Shown: positions 1 through 13,765 of the stretch, piece by piece
Layout: every line of letters begins with the position of its first letter
How positions within the stretch are numbered: the stretch's first letter is position 1
Source: Octopus sinensis
Lineage: Eukaryota
Reading direction: 5' to 3'
Assembly: GCF_006345805.1 (NCBI RefSeq)
Contig: NC_043013.1
Span: 124,001-188,000 of the forward strand
Length of the DNA stretch: 64,000 nt
Made by a program: the position numbers and the translations under genes
Notes under the pieces: generated by a model
What the model was told of the DNA's origin: nothing
What the model saw: the letters and a program-made list of their open reading frames with translations, nothing else
Database searches by the model: none

Positions 1-1116
1 AGCCAAGTATGTGCCTGACCATGAAGAAATACTACCTTCCTTAGAAACAAGGGTTGGCAACAGGAAAGGTATCCAGCTGTTGAAAATCTGCCTCAATAAT
101 CTCTGTCCAAACCATGCAAGCATGGAAAATGGACATCAAAATGATGATCACACACACACACACATATCAGTAGTGTTATTTCATAGTACAAAAAGAAAAA
201 AAATACGCTAGTACACAACTATGTTAGAAGTGTGTACAGAATTTGATATATGTTTGTTAAAGCTAAGTAACCAAGATTAGATATCCAGACTTGAGATTAT
301 TTCATCCATTCAGTCTTTGATGTGGATCAATGAATACAGATATTCAGATGTTTTATAGATGTTAACATCACCAAAAGCCCACCAGATGCTAATGACTGAC
401 TACCCCCACCTCACAGACTCCATTATTTGTTGGAATATAATTACCTTATACATTATGATGATGATGATGATTATTGTGGGGGGTGGGGTTAACAACCAAA
501 GCCCCTCCACCAACATATGCATCATTGGACTCATAACTGTGTGACAGGCAATACTCTCTGCAGGTGGATGAAGACACATGAAGGCTTGGATGTATGTGTT
601 TGTCTCTTTGACTTGACATCAAATGATTGTAGTAAAAGAATGGAAATCATTCATTTCCGATATTTTGCATAAACATGTCTGGTTATGGAGAAATATTAGC
701 TTGCTTGGAACCAGGTAAGGGTTGGCAACAGGAAGGGCATCTGGCTGTAAAAAATTTGCTTCAATAAACCCCATCCAATATGGACAGTTAAAAAATTATG
801 ATGATGATGATGATGGTATACACATACACAACCTGGAATCCACATTCCTACTCTGCATTATGGAAGCAATACTTTCCTGAAAAACTTGCCTTAGCATCAA
901 ATTTCATAACATGAAATTAATTTTACTGTTGATTTTTCATGTTATAAACTGACAAACTGATGTTACTCCATGTTTGTGGCACATCGTTTCTTTGGACAGC
1001 CAAGTATAGGAACTGAACTCATTATAAATTGTTCTTGTAATTTTTATGTTACGTTCACCAGCAGGTCGTTATCACTAAAAACTTAAAGACCTTTCCCTAT
1101 GTGCCAAACGTTATCT

Positions 1117-1740
1117 TCATCATCATCATAATCATCGTTTAATGTCTGCTTTCCATGCTGGCATGGGTTGGACGATTTGACTGAGGGCTGGTGAGCCAGA
1201 AGGTTGTACCAGTCTCCAATCTGATCTGGCAAAGTTTCTGCAGCTGGATGCCCTTCCTAATGCCAACCACTCTGAGAGTGTAGTAGGTGCTTTTACATGC
1301 CACCAGCATGAGGGCAGTCAGGCAGTACTGGTATTGGCCACACTCAAATGGTGCTTTTAACATGCCACCTGCACAGGAGTCAGTCCAACGGCACTGGCAA
1401 CGACCACGCTTGAATGGTGCTTTTTTTACATGCCACTGGCACGGGAGGCAGTCAGCAGTCCTGCCAAGGATCACACTCAAATGGTGCTTTTAATGTTCCA
1501 CTGGCATGGGTGCCAATCAGGCAGTATTGTCATCGACCACAACAGCGATTTCACTTGCCTCAACAGGTCTTTACAAGCATAGTTTATTGTCCAATGATTG
1601 AAGGGTACTCTTAAATGGGCTGGTTATACAGCACTGGCATAGGCCACAGGTTATGGTCTCACTTGGCTTGCCAAGTCTTCTGAAGCACATCACATATCTC
1701 CAAAGGTCTCAGTCACTTGTTATTGCCTCAGTGAAGCCCA
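1117..1740 (-). mobile_element. 5'-truncated 3' end of an RTE-clade LINE (family RTE-B) with (GAT)n tail
   Basis: (CAT)n at 1117-1138, the shared GGATGCCCTTCCTAA block, ~60-bp internal subrepeats and the GACCTTTGG..CTTCAGAAGAC region, as in the copy at 53820-54445 that continues into RTE coding sequence. Confidence 0.75.
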
Positions 1741-1744
1741 AATA

Positions 1745-3725
1745 TTCTTTATTGTGTTGAAAAAATTTCTGTATTCTCAATTATATTCTCGTTTGAACAG
1801 CATTATCTCATTAGATAAATGTTCTCTATGAGGATACTAGCAACTCAACCACATCATACTCAATGACTTCTTCAAACCCAACACCCTTTGCAAGTGTCAC
1901 AATATCTTTCTGAATTTCTGTTTGAGGAAAACTTGTCATGTCAGAGATACAGTCTGGCCAAATATGGTTTCAAGCACCATTCAAAGTTAAAGGTTTCACT
2001 TCATTTCATGACTCGGCTATATTATCCACACCATTTATTGTGTTGAACTTCTTCCAGAAGTCTCTAACAATTGCCTTCATTAGCTGTTTAATTGTTCTTC
2101 TCAGATAATATGCATTGAAGTTAACTATCACCCCTCGATCCATTGGCTGAAGCAAAGAAGTTGTATTCTTGGGGATATACATTCTACTCTCACATAACCA
2201 GAAAGTTAATCTAAGTTCACTGGGTGGTTTGGTGGGTTGTCTAAAAGGAGCCATTCTTTGTTGGAAATATGCCTGGACAAATTATGTTTGTACAGCACTT
2301 TTCAGAAAAGCTCTTTCCTACCCATTCTTTCTTATTTGAAGAGCAGCACAGACATAAATTTATTTTTGTATAACCCTTGAAATCCCTTGGATTTTTGGAG
2401 TGACACATTAGTAGGAGTTTTTATTTTATATCACCAGCAGCATTTCTTCCCAGAAGAAGTATCGGATATTTTTGCAAGTTTTAAATCCTGGGTTTTTAAC
2501 TTTTTGAGAAATAGAAGTTCTCGTAGGCACACACTTCCAGAAAAGAGCAATGCCATCAGCACTGTATACTTTCTAGGGTATGTAGCCCCATTTAATAGAC
2601 ACTTTCGTTTTTCTATTCTTTTTCTATTGCTCAGAATAATTAGTAGCAGCCTGTGTATCGGCACAGGCAACTTCACCAATCGTTTCATGTTGTACAAATT
2701 CAAGTGCTTCTTTAACTTTTCAAGGTAGCCTTCAATAACCAGAAAAGGTTTTTCATTACAAGCTTTGGACCTTTACCTTTTGACCAACAGATTTTTAAAT
2801 AATTTTTTGTAACTAAACACTTTCAAACTTCAGACACTGGTAGAATGTGTCATATAAAACATCTTTTACTCTTAGCTTTTTGAGGAGAACTTATATTTAC
2901 GAAGTTATTTCACATTAAAGTATTTCGGTAATTTCAACCAATCAATGACGTGTATTCAGCTGAATAAAATTACTGCCGTTGTTTGTCAACAACAATTATC
3001 AGCAGTGTTTTTTTCATTTGTCACTGTTATTTATGACATCATTCGAGAGTTTGTACTGGTTTTAGCTTTAAGGTTTTAGGGTTAGGGTTAAGGTTTTGGG
3101 GCTAGGGTTGTCATAAATAACAGTGACAAATGAAATATACACCACTGGAAGTTCTTGTTGACAAAAATAGCAGTAATTTTATTCAGCTGAATACACGTCA
3201 TTGATTGGTTGAAATTACTGATTTACGAGAACTTTAACGTGAAATAACTTTGTAAATATAAGTTTTTCTCAAAAATGCTAAGAGTAAAAGATATTTTATA
3301 TGACACATTCTACCAGTGTCCAAAGTTTGAAAGTGTTTAGTTACAAAAAATTATTTCTTAAATCTGTAGGTCATCTCCCTTTTTCTACAAATTGTCACAG
3401 AAACTTTTGGCCTCCCTTTTTTTTTTAATACTGGTTATTAGCACAATGTGTTCTATCTGATCCTCAATTCATGCACCCAAGAGTCATCCAATTTTAAGCA
3501 ATACACAGGTCTATGAAAAATAAGGTCCAAGCAGTTAACAGAGTAACCTCTTGAGTACTTGGCTTAATTGTCTCTCCATTATCATAAATTGTTCTCACTG
3601 TAGATGTGGCAAGCTTTAATGTTTCAGCTACATCACTGATTTTTATTCTCTCCCACATCAAGCCTTCTTAAAACATCAAGTTATATATCCAGTATAATCT
3701 TTTTATGGTTCTTTTTCACACAACT
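1745..3725 (-). pseudogene. Decayed Tigger/pogo (CENP-B-like) transposase, interrupted by a fold-back element at 2781-3373
   Basis: Minus-strand remnants LDVLRRLDVGENKISDVAETLKLATSTVRTIY (N-terminal HTH, ~3580-3690) and PKNTTSLLQPMDRGVIVNFNAYYLRR (pogo DDE region, ORF 2006-2254); many stops and frameshifts. Confidence 0.8.
2781..3373. mobile_element. Fold-back MITE with ~260-bp imperfect inverted arms and a TTAGGG-like spacer
   Basis: 2781-3038 is the reverse complement of 3109-3373 (e.g. CAATCAATGACGTGTATTCAGCTGAATAAAATTACTG vs CAGTAATTTTATTCAGCTGAATACACGTCATTGATTG); spacer contains TTTTAGGGTTAGGGTTAAGG. Confidence 0.85.
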
Positions 3726-4257
3726 GAATTCAATTCCACTTGAGAACTTTGAATTGCAAGTAAGTCCAACAGAAGCAGAAATAAAATAACACCAGGAAAG
3801 AACTGTTTGAGGAGAGCAAAAACATTCTTATTCCAATGGATGTAAGAAAGGAAATGAAAAGATGAAACTGAAGGAATAAGGAAGGCTGAAATACTGTGTG
3901 ATTAATTAGTTGAAGGGTTAACAGATTCAAGGGCACATTGTCCCTTGCACCTCTAACTTGAGCTATAAAATCTCCACAGTTACATACACCAATGTGCTAA
4001 CATACAACATATGTAGCTACAGACATGCTGATACAATTAATATTGTTGTCAGTTGGTTATTCAAAAGCTGGTGGGTTTTTAGTAATGGTGGTATTGGTTG
4101 TACATTGGAGACATTGTTGGTGGTGATGATGGTCATATTGTTCTTGCTGTGTCCATGCGACTTAACATTTTGTCGGTTTCTTTCTTACAGAAACCGACAA
4201 AATCACATTAAGTCACATTGGGGCCAAATCAAAGTGTTTTAAGTAATAATAATAATA

Positions 4258-4305
<48 letters not shown>

Positions 4306-6628
4306 TAGAGAGAGAGAGAGAAAATGAAAGAGATTCCCTGTGACCCAAGAAAATATACACAAACACACAAATATTCAGTCAATGTGTTTATAGTAATGCA
4401 TAGAAATGCATTGTAATTTTTTTTTTTTTTATCAAATCGTTAGAATTTATCCAAGTTCCTGTAAGGGCAAAATTACAGATTGTATCCCGAAATTAGTGGC
4501 TCTACTTGACAATATCCTTCAGTGTAAAATCATGTAACCTTATGTTGCCGTAACATCAGTGATGCTTTTGTGCGTGTATATGTGTGTGTATACACACACA
4601 TTTCATGGAATTGAAAAAATAATTCTTAAAAAAAAAGTCCCTTGAACATAGTAAAGAAGAGTGAAACGACAAACACTAAGACAAGGAGTTGTGAATGACA
4701 TTAGAGAAGCAAAATGGAAAATCTGGTCTCCACTGTGAAATCTAGTTAACAATTATGATTAATAGATCAGCCCAAGTACGACCAACACAACCGAAAAGTG
4801 TTTGGGTGGAACAGACAGGGAGTCCCTCAAGTACTAAGGTTTAAGTAGATCAAATCTGCTGTGAACCGACCCCCACCTCACTGTTAAGTGGACCAAGTGT
4901 CCAATAAGTGTTAAGGTTAAGTAGATGAAACAACCTACTAAATATTAGGGTTAAGTAGGCTTAACACCAGCCCCCTCCACCCTCCCCTACTTGTCATTCC
5001 TTATCTTTTTATTATCATCAACAACAAATATTTATCAATGTTGACATTCAAACTATTAATGTAATAAGCAGTGTAACAGGAAAGAGGAGTGAGTTTTTGA
5101 TAATTTCACACTTGGTGTACAACATACTTGTTATTTACAGCAAAGAGTTGACTGCTTGGTTAATAAATAACCTTTTACACTTTAAGATCTATTTCACACT
5201 TTGAGTTTCCAAGAGACATCTCAAAGAGCTACAAAGCTGGTATAACAAGAACTATTATCATTAAAAAAAAACCCATTGTTTGAGAACAATAAATAACATT
5301 TCAGGTTTTAGTTTGTTTTGTTTTCTTTAAAATTGGCTGGCATTTTGAATTTGCCATTCATTACAGCCAAAGTCTGCAGGAAAAAAAAGAACAGTAGATT
5401 GATTGGCAATTTTGAACATTTGTTCCTTCTCTCCAAAGAAGAAGAAATGTCCGAAATGTTGGGTTTTTCACTCCCCACAAGTAAATCAACTCACTGAAAT
5501 CTATTTTTCTGCCAATTTTTATGGATTAACTTTTGTCCATGCCAACTGCCATCAATTTCCTTGGATTCCAGATCTAATAACAATCAAATACTAATGCATC
5601 GCATTCACCAAACACTGGTACATCACTGACACCAAACACTAGTTTATTATTTACATTCATCAAACACTAATAATACATTAAATCCATCAATCAAACACTA
5701 GTACATTAACCACATTAATTAAACACTGGTATGTCATTTAGACTCAACAAACGCTAGTATATTGATCATACCAATCAAAAAGGAAGACACTAAAACTAGC
5801 TTATGAATATTAATGTAGCAAATCTACTTTGGCACCAGACAAATAATGGTAACGAATACTAGAGTTACAGCTAGACAATATTGTCATGCTAGTTTCTTAT
5901 AGCATGGCACTAACATGTGCATTAGTACTTACTTCAAATACCAGTTTCTGTTTCAGGTGTCAGGTTGTTGAGATAGATGACACTTCTCACCTGCAATATC
6001 TTCTGCATATTCTGGCATTAACAAAAAAATATCTTATTTTTATTCTATGAGCCTTAACAGAAGTTATCAGCCTGAGGAAATTATGTTATTACCAGAAATG
6101 TGGCACATACAAACCCACTTCAATAATGAAAGTATAAATACTACTAACAATTATGTTTCTGGACAAAAACGTATTCTGTCTCTAACACTGGAGTGATTTC
6201 TCATTGCTTTCTCCAGTTAAGTACAAGGCCAAATAAGGTGGCAGTGTAACACACTTGCCTTTCGCAAAGACATTAATAAGTAAAACAGCTGCAACTTAGA
6301 TTTGGAACCAGACTGCAGACTTCTTGCATGGAAACTTGTCTTCTACTTTAGAGCATCACAAAAATGAAGTGGAAATCACGTAGAGTGAACTGGTTTCAGC
6401 TACCAAATTCCAGGGCAACAACCACATTCATCACCAAACACTAGTCACGTCTAGGAAATATATTAAATGTCCCAGCCAACAGACAATACTAGTAGTAATA
6501 GTAGTAGTACCAGTTGAAATTTCTAAAAGGAAGCCTCTGTACAGTCACATGATCTGCTAGGAACAACATCCAAATAAACCAGGAATCACATCTTACCATC
6601 TTTAAAAAAATAGAACACACTGTAGTAT

Positions 6629-6850
6629 AACCCTTTATCATTTAAACCAACCATATCTGGCCAAAATAATCTACCTTTCACAATGTTCAAACTGGTCAGA
6701 TTTGGCCTTTCACACCTATCCTACAATGCCATTTGAAAAATAAACACTCACATCATCGGAATCTGAAAACTACAAGATAATGCCTGATTAATTCGAAAGA
6801 ATGGAAAATGAGCATTCCATTTGACAGAGTAATCAGAATGCTAAAGGGAT
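6629..6850 (-). mobile_element. piggyBac-type (TTAA) MITE, decayed copy
   Basis: Reverse complement of the 18388-18596 element; ends (T)AACCCTTTA...TGCTAAAGGG. Confidence 0.65.
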
Positions 6851-8944
6851 GCTGCTGCCCTGGAATCATTGCATCTGCAAAATAGGATAGAATGGTCAGA
6901 GCTGGAGTACTTCTAATAACAGGTCTGACCATTGGCTGAATGACATAAATATAGCAATTTTTGTTGCAACTGGATACTATCAAAAAAGGTCAAATTACAG
7001 AATAATGACCTGAGCTCGTGTCACTGTAACCCAAGCTGCTCTGCACTTTAACAAAGCCATGACACTTGGTTCAGTCTACCTAGCTGTAAACAGGTGCCAT
7101 GTGCAGGTAGGTAAATGTGAATATGGTAAGAAGCAGGGAAATTACTAAAATTAGATTGCAATGTTGAGTTGAAGTCCTCTGGAAAAAAGCAAAGGAAAAT
7201 CCTTTCCAGACCAAAATCCTCCAAAGAGTTTGATGGGAACAATTGAATGCTACCCTAATGGTTGGCCCTAGACAAGGGACCCAATCCTCTTTGTCTATTT
7301 TGCCTTCAGTTCCAATACCAGACCCTGATGCAAGCAACAACAGCAATCATAACAAGATCCATCTTATATTTCATTAAACTCCTCCCAAACGGGTGTCCAC
7401 TACAAGATAAATACCTCACTAAAGCACAACAGATACAACAACAACTACTACTACTACATGTATTTGTTTTGGAGAATATCAGTTTTCAGCTGTAGTTGTT
7501 ATGATTCCATCCAACTTTCTCAAAGTGTTGCTACACTGGAGTGATATCCTGTTACTTTCTGCAAGTAGTCATGAAACTTGTTGGTTTTTTTTTCTTTCGG
7601 TGGGGTGGGGGGGACTTGGGAATTGATAATATTCATACATTTCCCCAGTGCATAGTAACAATATAGCTGAAGTGAAATTAACAACAACTGGGAAATGAAA
7701 CCAGGTCAAACACTCAAGAGACCTGAAACTTTCCTTCCACACTAAGGCACTTTTCACTATAACTGCTATTGCTAACACTGCTATCATTATTACATTACTA
7801 TGACAACTACTATTATTCTACTACTGCCACCACTACCCAACAATTGGTAAAGTGCCTGCAGGTATGTCTTCTCTGTAGTATAACGATCTACTTTTAAGCA
7901 TCTGTCTCTCATTTTCAATTCCTCAGGCCTGATACCCAAACCCTCCAAGTAATATTTCTGGTGAGAACTTAAACAGTAGGAAACTTATATTATGGTGAAA
8001 TCTGTGCCATTTTAGTTGTTTATTTTTGCATAACAGATAACGTCTTCCTTAGCACCATTATTGTTGACTTGCAGGTAACCAACCGTCAACTAATAAACAT
8101 ACCTTTCTCCTCCTTTTCATAAGAAACCCACAACCACCTCGCTGCCCTAACCATATTCAAATTCTGTCGATATTGTTGGAGTCCATTACATCATAATTTC
8201 CAATCAACCAATAATTTCCATGAGTGTATTGATTTGGACATGAAATGGTAATTAATGATGCATAAGGCATGAGAAAGTGTTGTGGATTTAGCTGTGGTAG
8301 GAGAAAACTTGAAAAGAAGTAGTTCGAAGGAACTAAAGAACAATGAAAATTGCATGATAGAATCTGCACCATTTTATTTTCTTATCATCATCACCATTTA
8401 ACGTCTGCTTCCAGAACAGATAATGATATTTCTCTTGGTATAGTAATTAGTAGATAACCAACCCTGTTATTAGAAAACACAGTTCAAATCAAAAGGGTTC
8501 TTGTAAGAACTCTGCTCCTGCTTAGGTTTTATACATTGTTTCACTCAAGTCCCTAACCAATAAATATATTTTCTATTTCCAAGGCACCAAACTTCTCTAA
8601 TTATTGATCCTTCATTCTTACCTCACTTTCATTTCAGTTTCCATTCAAGCTCAGCCATGCTCATATATTTTTGGTTCTTAATCCAACACTGTGACCTTTG
8701 GAGGCCTTCATAGACTGGAGAGGTCAAATCAGCTAATGATCATCTTAAATTTCTGCAAAAATGTTCCAGAGAGTTGTAGTTCTGGGAGTATTTGGTGTAG
8801 GGTTTTGATGAGTGAAGCACAATAGGAATTACAAGAAGAATGGATATAGTTTACAACTAGCCTAGTTCAAGAGTCAAGACTTTTGTAGTAACACAAGAAG
8901 AATAAGATGGAGGATACAACCAATAGGTGGGATTACATGTATTT

Positions 8945-9196
8945 ATTTCTTTATTGCTCACAAGGGCCTAAACATAGAGGGGACAGACAAGGGCATTGAC
9001 CCCAATGTGGTTTGAAATTTCCCCATGACAACAAACAAGATGAGGACAAATATCCTTATTTAATCGACCCCGAAAGGATGAAAGGCAAAATTGACCTCGG
9101 CGGAATTTGAATTCAAAACCTAACGGCAGACAGCAGACAAAATACAGCCAGGCAGTTCGTCCGTCCTGCTAACATTTCTGCCAATTTGCTGCCTTA
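8945..9196 (-). mobile_element. tRNA-derived SINE family S2, carrying a foreign insert at about 9007-9055
   Basis: Colinear with the copies at 25318-25540 and 40170-40395 (ATCGACCCCGAAAGGATGAAAGGC...CGGCGGAATTTGAA). Confidence 0.8.
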
Positions 9197-9725
9197 TTAC
9201 ATGTATTGGTAAGTGCAAGTCAATGACCTTTTAGGGGAGTATGCAGTCAACAATGCCTTCATGTGTAACTCAGATGGGAGCAGTATTTTTATGTAAGTTG
9301 TACCTGTATTTTGCACAATACCTGCAAACATTCAGTGTGTCTTGATGCAGTTGCAAGAGACTAAGTGGTCACATCGTCATTGCATGACATTACTCATGGG
9401 GTTAGCGCACATCAGTCGTGAGGTGTGTGGGCTGTGAGTGGATAGTGACATAAAAAGTAAAGGGCTGTATTATTTGCATAAGAGTGTTGCACAGAAACTG
9501 GTTGATGCCAAGTTGGAAAGAGCGTAAGTTGAAGAATGAGAAACACTTATGATAGACAATCACCAATGGAGATTTGAAAGAAAAATACTTTGGAGGAAAC
9601 CTTGAACCTCAACACTGAGACTGGAAAATCTAGACTAAGAATATGAAGAAAACCAACAGCAACCCAAAGACCTGGGGAAAACATGCAACAGATCGCAAGT
9701 TCCACAGAGAAACCATTTCAACTAG

Positions 9726-10095
9726 TACAGTTTTATATTTAAAATATGAGGAATTATGTACATTATTTACATTTGACGGATATTTGTCCTCATCTTGTTT
9801 GTTGTTAACACAACATTTTGGCTGATATACCCTCCAGCCTTCATCCGGTGTCTTGGGGAAATTTTGAACCTGGGTTCTTATTCCTAAGGTATTTTTCGAT
9901 GTTATTATAATTACTATTATTATTATTATTATTATTCAGGTCACTGCCTGGAATCAAACTCGGAATCTTGGAGTTAGTAGCCCACGCTCTTAACCAATAC
10001 GCCATATACCTGTGGGCATATGGCATAGTGGTTCGAAATTTCCCCATGACAACAAACAAGATGAGGACAAATATCCGTCAAATGCAAATAATGTG
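9726..10095 (-). mobile_element. Family A tRNA-head + hammerhead element: full minus-strand copy plus a head-to-head, internally deleted plus-strand copy; 11-bp TSD
   Basis: Minus strand has a tRNA-like head (~9940-10010), (AAT)n, and a mutated HHR (CGGATGA...AAAATGTT, ~9807-9852). Inverted terminus at 10050-10095. CATTTCAACTA at 9714-9724 and 10096-10106. Confidence 0.85.
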
Positions 10096-11089
10096 CATTT
10101 CAACTACTGTAAAACAGTTTGTAAAAATCCTATAGAAATGAATTGAAGAAATGAGAAAGACGAGAAATTCAGCAAAGCCAACTACATCTAAATCTGACCA
10201 TCAAATGCAGCTTGTGCACTGTTTTGTGCAATGATCAGTTATGTCAGTCATCAGAAATATTAAGCACAATGAATGGTTTGTCTGAAGAAAACTAAACTTA
10301 CATGGAAAGCTGCAATTTGATCAATGAATCATAAGCAGATAACACGCATATATGAGTGATTGGGGCCGCATTTGGTTAACAATCTGAAATTGTAACAACA
10401 AACTACGAGTGGACTGTGCAACATGTCTAATATGTGCTGAGAGAGCATGCATGAATGGTGTCCTAAATGAACAAATTGTATAGTGAGTGAACAGTTTTTC
10501 TGAAGAAAATTATATTCAACCAACAAGCTGAAATTCAAACAACAAACCACAAATAAACTATGCATGCATATAAGTGGCTGCAAATACCCAAGTACGCATT
10601 TCATATAACTTGCAAATCTTTATATTTTATAGGTGAAATAAACATCAGAGATGCTTTGCTACTCAGAGGTTTTGCAAGTTCTTCTGAATCCATTACAATG
10701 ATGGAAAGCCTTCTGCATCAAAATTAGGTTAAGTATTATTTGTTAAATACAGTTGCTTTGAATTTGCTTCAGAAAGATGTTTATGGTTGTGATGGCTAGT
10801 TGGAGTGGGAGTGCTGGGAATGTGGCCTGGGTGTCAAAGGGGCAGCAACCCGAAAATATTTGGGAACCACTGGCACAAGTGAAGCGATAATTTGTGCAGA
10901 AGCCAAACAGTTGTCTGATGATCTTAGAGTGAATTCTGCCAGTGGAAGTGATACTATGAGTACTGAATTTTCTTGCTTCGAAGAACTGGTTTACCAGATT
11001 CCATGCCATTGTGAGGTGTGGTGAGTCTGCTACTGCAAACACTAAACCAACTCATGAGTACCACATTGTGCTTTTAAACATCAGTGACA

Positions 11090-12060
11090 AGGGTAGCTTT
11101 GTTTCACAACCAAGATAAAACACCAGCTGGTTTACAAAACAAAAAATATCAGCTCTATTATTTAAAAAAAAATACGGCTGGTTCTATGCCTCATAGAACA
11201 CAAGTCATATTAGAGAATTTGTGCAAGGCCACAAAGTGATGAAAGACCAGCTGACCTTACTTTCTATACAAATGCTTCTGAGGATTTGTAAGCTAAAATC
11301 TTCCCCCATTTACCATTCAGGAACCTAATCCCACTTCCCAAGAATTCAAAAACATTCATAAGAATCATCTTGATGTTTTCTGGCAGCTGAATTACAAGGC
11401 TTTGATGACTAAGAATCTTTTCACTGAGTGGTTGTTTGAAGTGTTTGGCCCTACTGTGCATGAATACCTTAGGGACAATAATCTTCTCCTCAATGCCCTT
11501 TTGGTCATATATAATATCCCAGCCTACCTTCCATATTTTGATAGACCAATTACTGGAACAGATCAGATTTGTAAAAGTGCCTTTCCTGCCTCCCAACACA
11601 ACTTCCTTTCTCTGGTCCAAAGGACCAGTAAGCCATTTCTAATATTAAAAAAAAAACTCTATAAAGGCTCTCTTTAGAAAATGTTTTCAGGCCACTGACC
11701 CTTGGAAAAGTCAGTTTAATATTGCTGATGCAGGGAAGCTTGGAAACCAGTTTCAGTGTGCTGTTTGCATGCCACTAGGTGGTCACTGTAGCCTGAGAAC
11801 ATGCTTCTAAGAAACTTTGGTAGGACCCTATTGTGCAAGAAGTTGTCAGTCTGAGAAATTCCAGGAATCTGGAAAGGAAAATATTCTTACTTAGTATCAC
11901 AGAGATTTGTCTGGTTGTTGGAATAAAATCTCTAAATTAACCATTGAATATGTCCCTGACAGAGCTGCTGTGGAGCTGGGCTTGAATCACTTCAATGGCA
12001 CAGTAATGTGCCATTCAAGTAATGGCCTAACTTTTGGAAGCAATCAACCCTGGATGCCTT
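11090..12060 (+). pseudogene. Decayed Tigger1-like pogo transposase fragment
   Basis: Remnants GHKVMKDQLTLLFYTNASEDL, MTKNLFTEWLFEVFGPTV..ALLVIYNIPAY and FLPPNTTSFL match Tigger DDE motifs; frameshifted. Confidence 0.8.
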
Positions 12061-13449
12061 TTTTAGGAAGAAGATAATCTTCGACCATTCAGAAGAACCA
12101 GAAGAATGTGTACACAAGATGTCTATGAAGGAGGGCACTTCTCCTCCAACCTTTTCTCATTAATGTCCTCCTCCTCTACCTTTTCTTTGCATCCTCAACA
12201 CTTTGCTACACTCAAGTAGGATACATTTATTTACAGGCATTATTACTTTATTGATTTATTCCTTATGTATTTCTTCATTTGTTCAGCATCCATTTTCCCA
12301 TGCTGGCCTGGATTCGGACAGATATTTCATTAGGAACAGGATTTTACAGCCAGGTCTTTCCTGTCACTAATCTTTGTTTTCAAGTAAGGGATATCATTTT
12401 ATTCTACAGCTTTAGGATTTTCCTTGTCTATGAAACAACGGTCAACCCAGACGTCCCTTCATAAAGAATTACAGACAAGTTGAAGCCAAATATACATGTA
12501 AACATAAACAGTTCATTTACAATTATTGCAAACATGTTTAGACAAAGAGAAAAACAGACACGCATGCAAACATACACTTATTTATATGCTTAGGTATTTT
12601 ATGCATTTGTTACTGATGGAAGGATGATGAGAAAAAAAACACCATTTCATGCCTCTATGTAGAGTTTGGTTGCAGCTTTGAATAGATTACTTCTACTTAT
12701 ATGTATTTCAATTACTGATGTAACGAATAATATGGCTAATGAACAAGACTCCAGAATGGATTAACTTCATTTATAGAGACTTCCCTGCAATCACAAATGA
12801 AGAAATGCTGTCACTGACAATAATTATATTTAAGTCCAAAACGCTTCTGTACAGTTTCCGTCTACCAAATTTTGCTGACAAGATTATGGATGGAAGATTA
12901 TTAATAAAGTGCTGCTGCTTGGTGAGACTGAACTTGGAACCACTTGGTTGCAAAGTAACCATTTTGAGTGGAGAAGGCACAGCTGGTCGACACAACCCTT
13001 AAAATGTAATAAGTACTCATTTCATTGCTCACCTCCCCCCCTCCCCAACCAACCCAATACAACCAAGGATGAAAATCAAAGTCAACTGCAATAGTAACAG
13101 AACTCAGAGTGCAAAAGAATGGAGTCCAGCACTTCACTGATTCTTCTAACTTGACATCAAATAATAAGGACAGCTTTTACAGGGTCACTTAACAGGCTAG
13201 AAATAGCAACCAAATCTCTCTCATATAACACTCAAACACCTTGGAAAAAGGAGACTTTGGAAAATATGGTTCTGTGTTCTTTGCACATAAATAAAAGATA
13301 GGAGACTGACATCTCTAAAGTCTTTAATCACAGATCTGCTGAAGTTAGAAACCAGAAATAGTTTCTAACATAAGCATAAGACCAGAAACTTGGATGAGGG
13401 GTTGGTTGAGTAATTCAACCTTAGGTATTGCACTGGTACATTAAGACAG

Positions 13450-13765
13450 ACTCACAAACAAAGCCTTGTGGGAAGCAGGTGAACCAGGAATCGATTGAAA
13501 CCCAGAACAAGAGGAGGAAAATGGAGGGTCTACCTTGTAATGCTTCCAACATTATAAGGCAAACAAAACCCTCTAATGGACACCCCCAAGGGAGATGGAA
13601 GCATGGCAAACCAAAAACAATATGGACCAAAGTTCACAGAAACTGAAGCATTGCCAGGTGATTACACTTGGAGACAACTGCAATCTGTTGCCAAAAGACC
13701 AACACAGATGGAACTCTGCTGGTGCCATATGTTTCGCATGGAGCCAAAAGAGTAAGATGAAGAGA
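13450..13765 (+). pseudogene. Decayed 3' fragment of an RTE-like LINE ORF
   Basis: SNIIRQTKPSNGHPQGRWKHGKPKTIW resembles the RTE C-terminal motif (PQGxRxRGRPKxTW). Confidence 0.55.

Noticed and set aside
3060-3108. True telomere or chromosome-fusion scar
   Set aside because: Only a few degenerate units, inside a MITE spacer
7850-8080. Small exons and introns suggested by CAG|GTATGT and CCTCAG| sites (also acceptors at ~5957 and ~26737)
   Set aside because: No coherent reading frame or recognisable protein; such sites are expected by chance
9300-10872. Decayed Charlie-type hAT element ending in TTGGGAACCACTG
   Set aside because: Only one TIR is visible and no transposase motif could be confirmed
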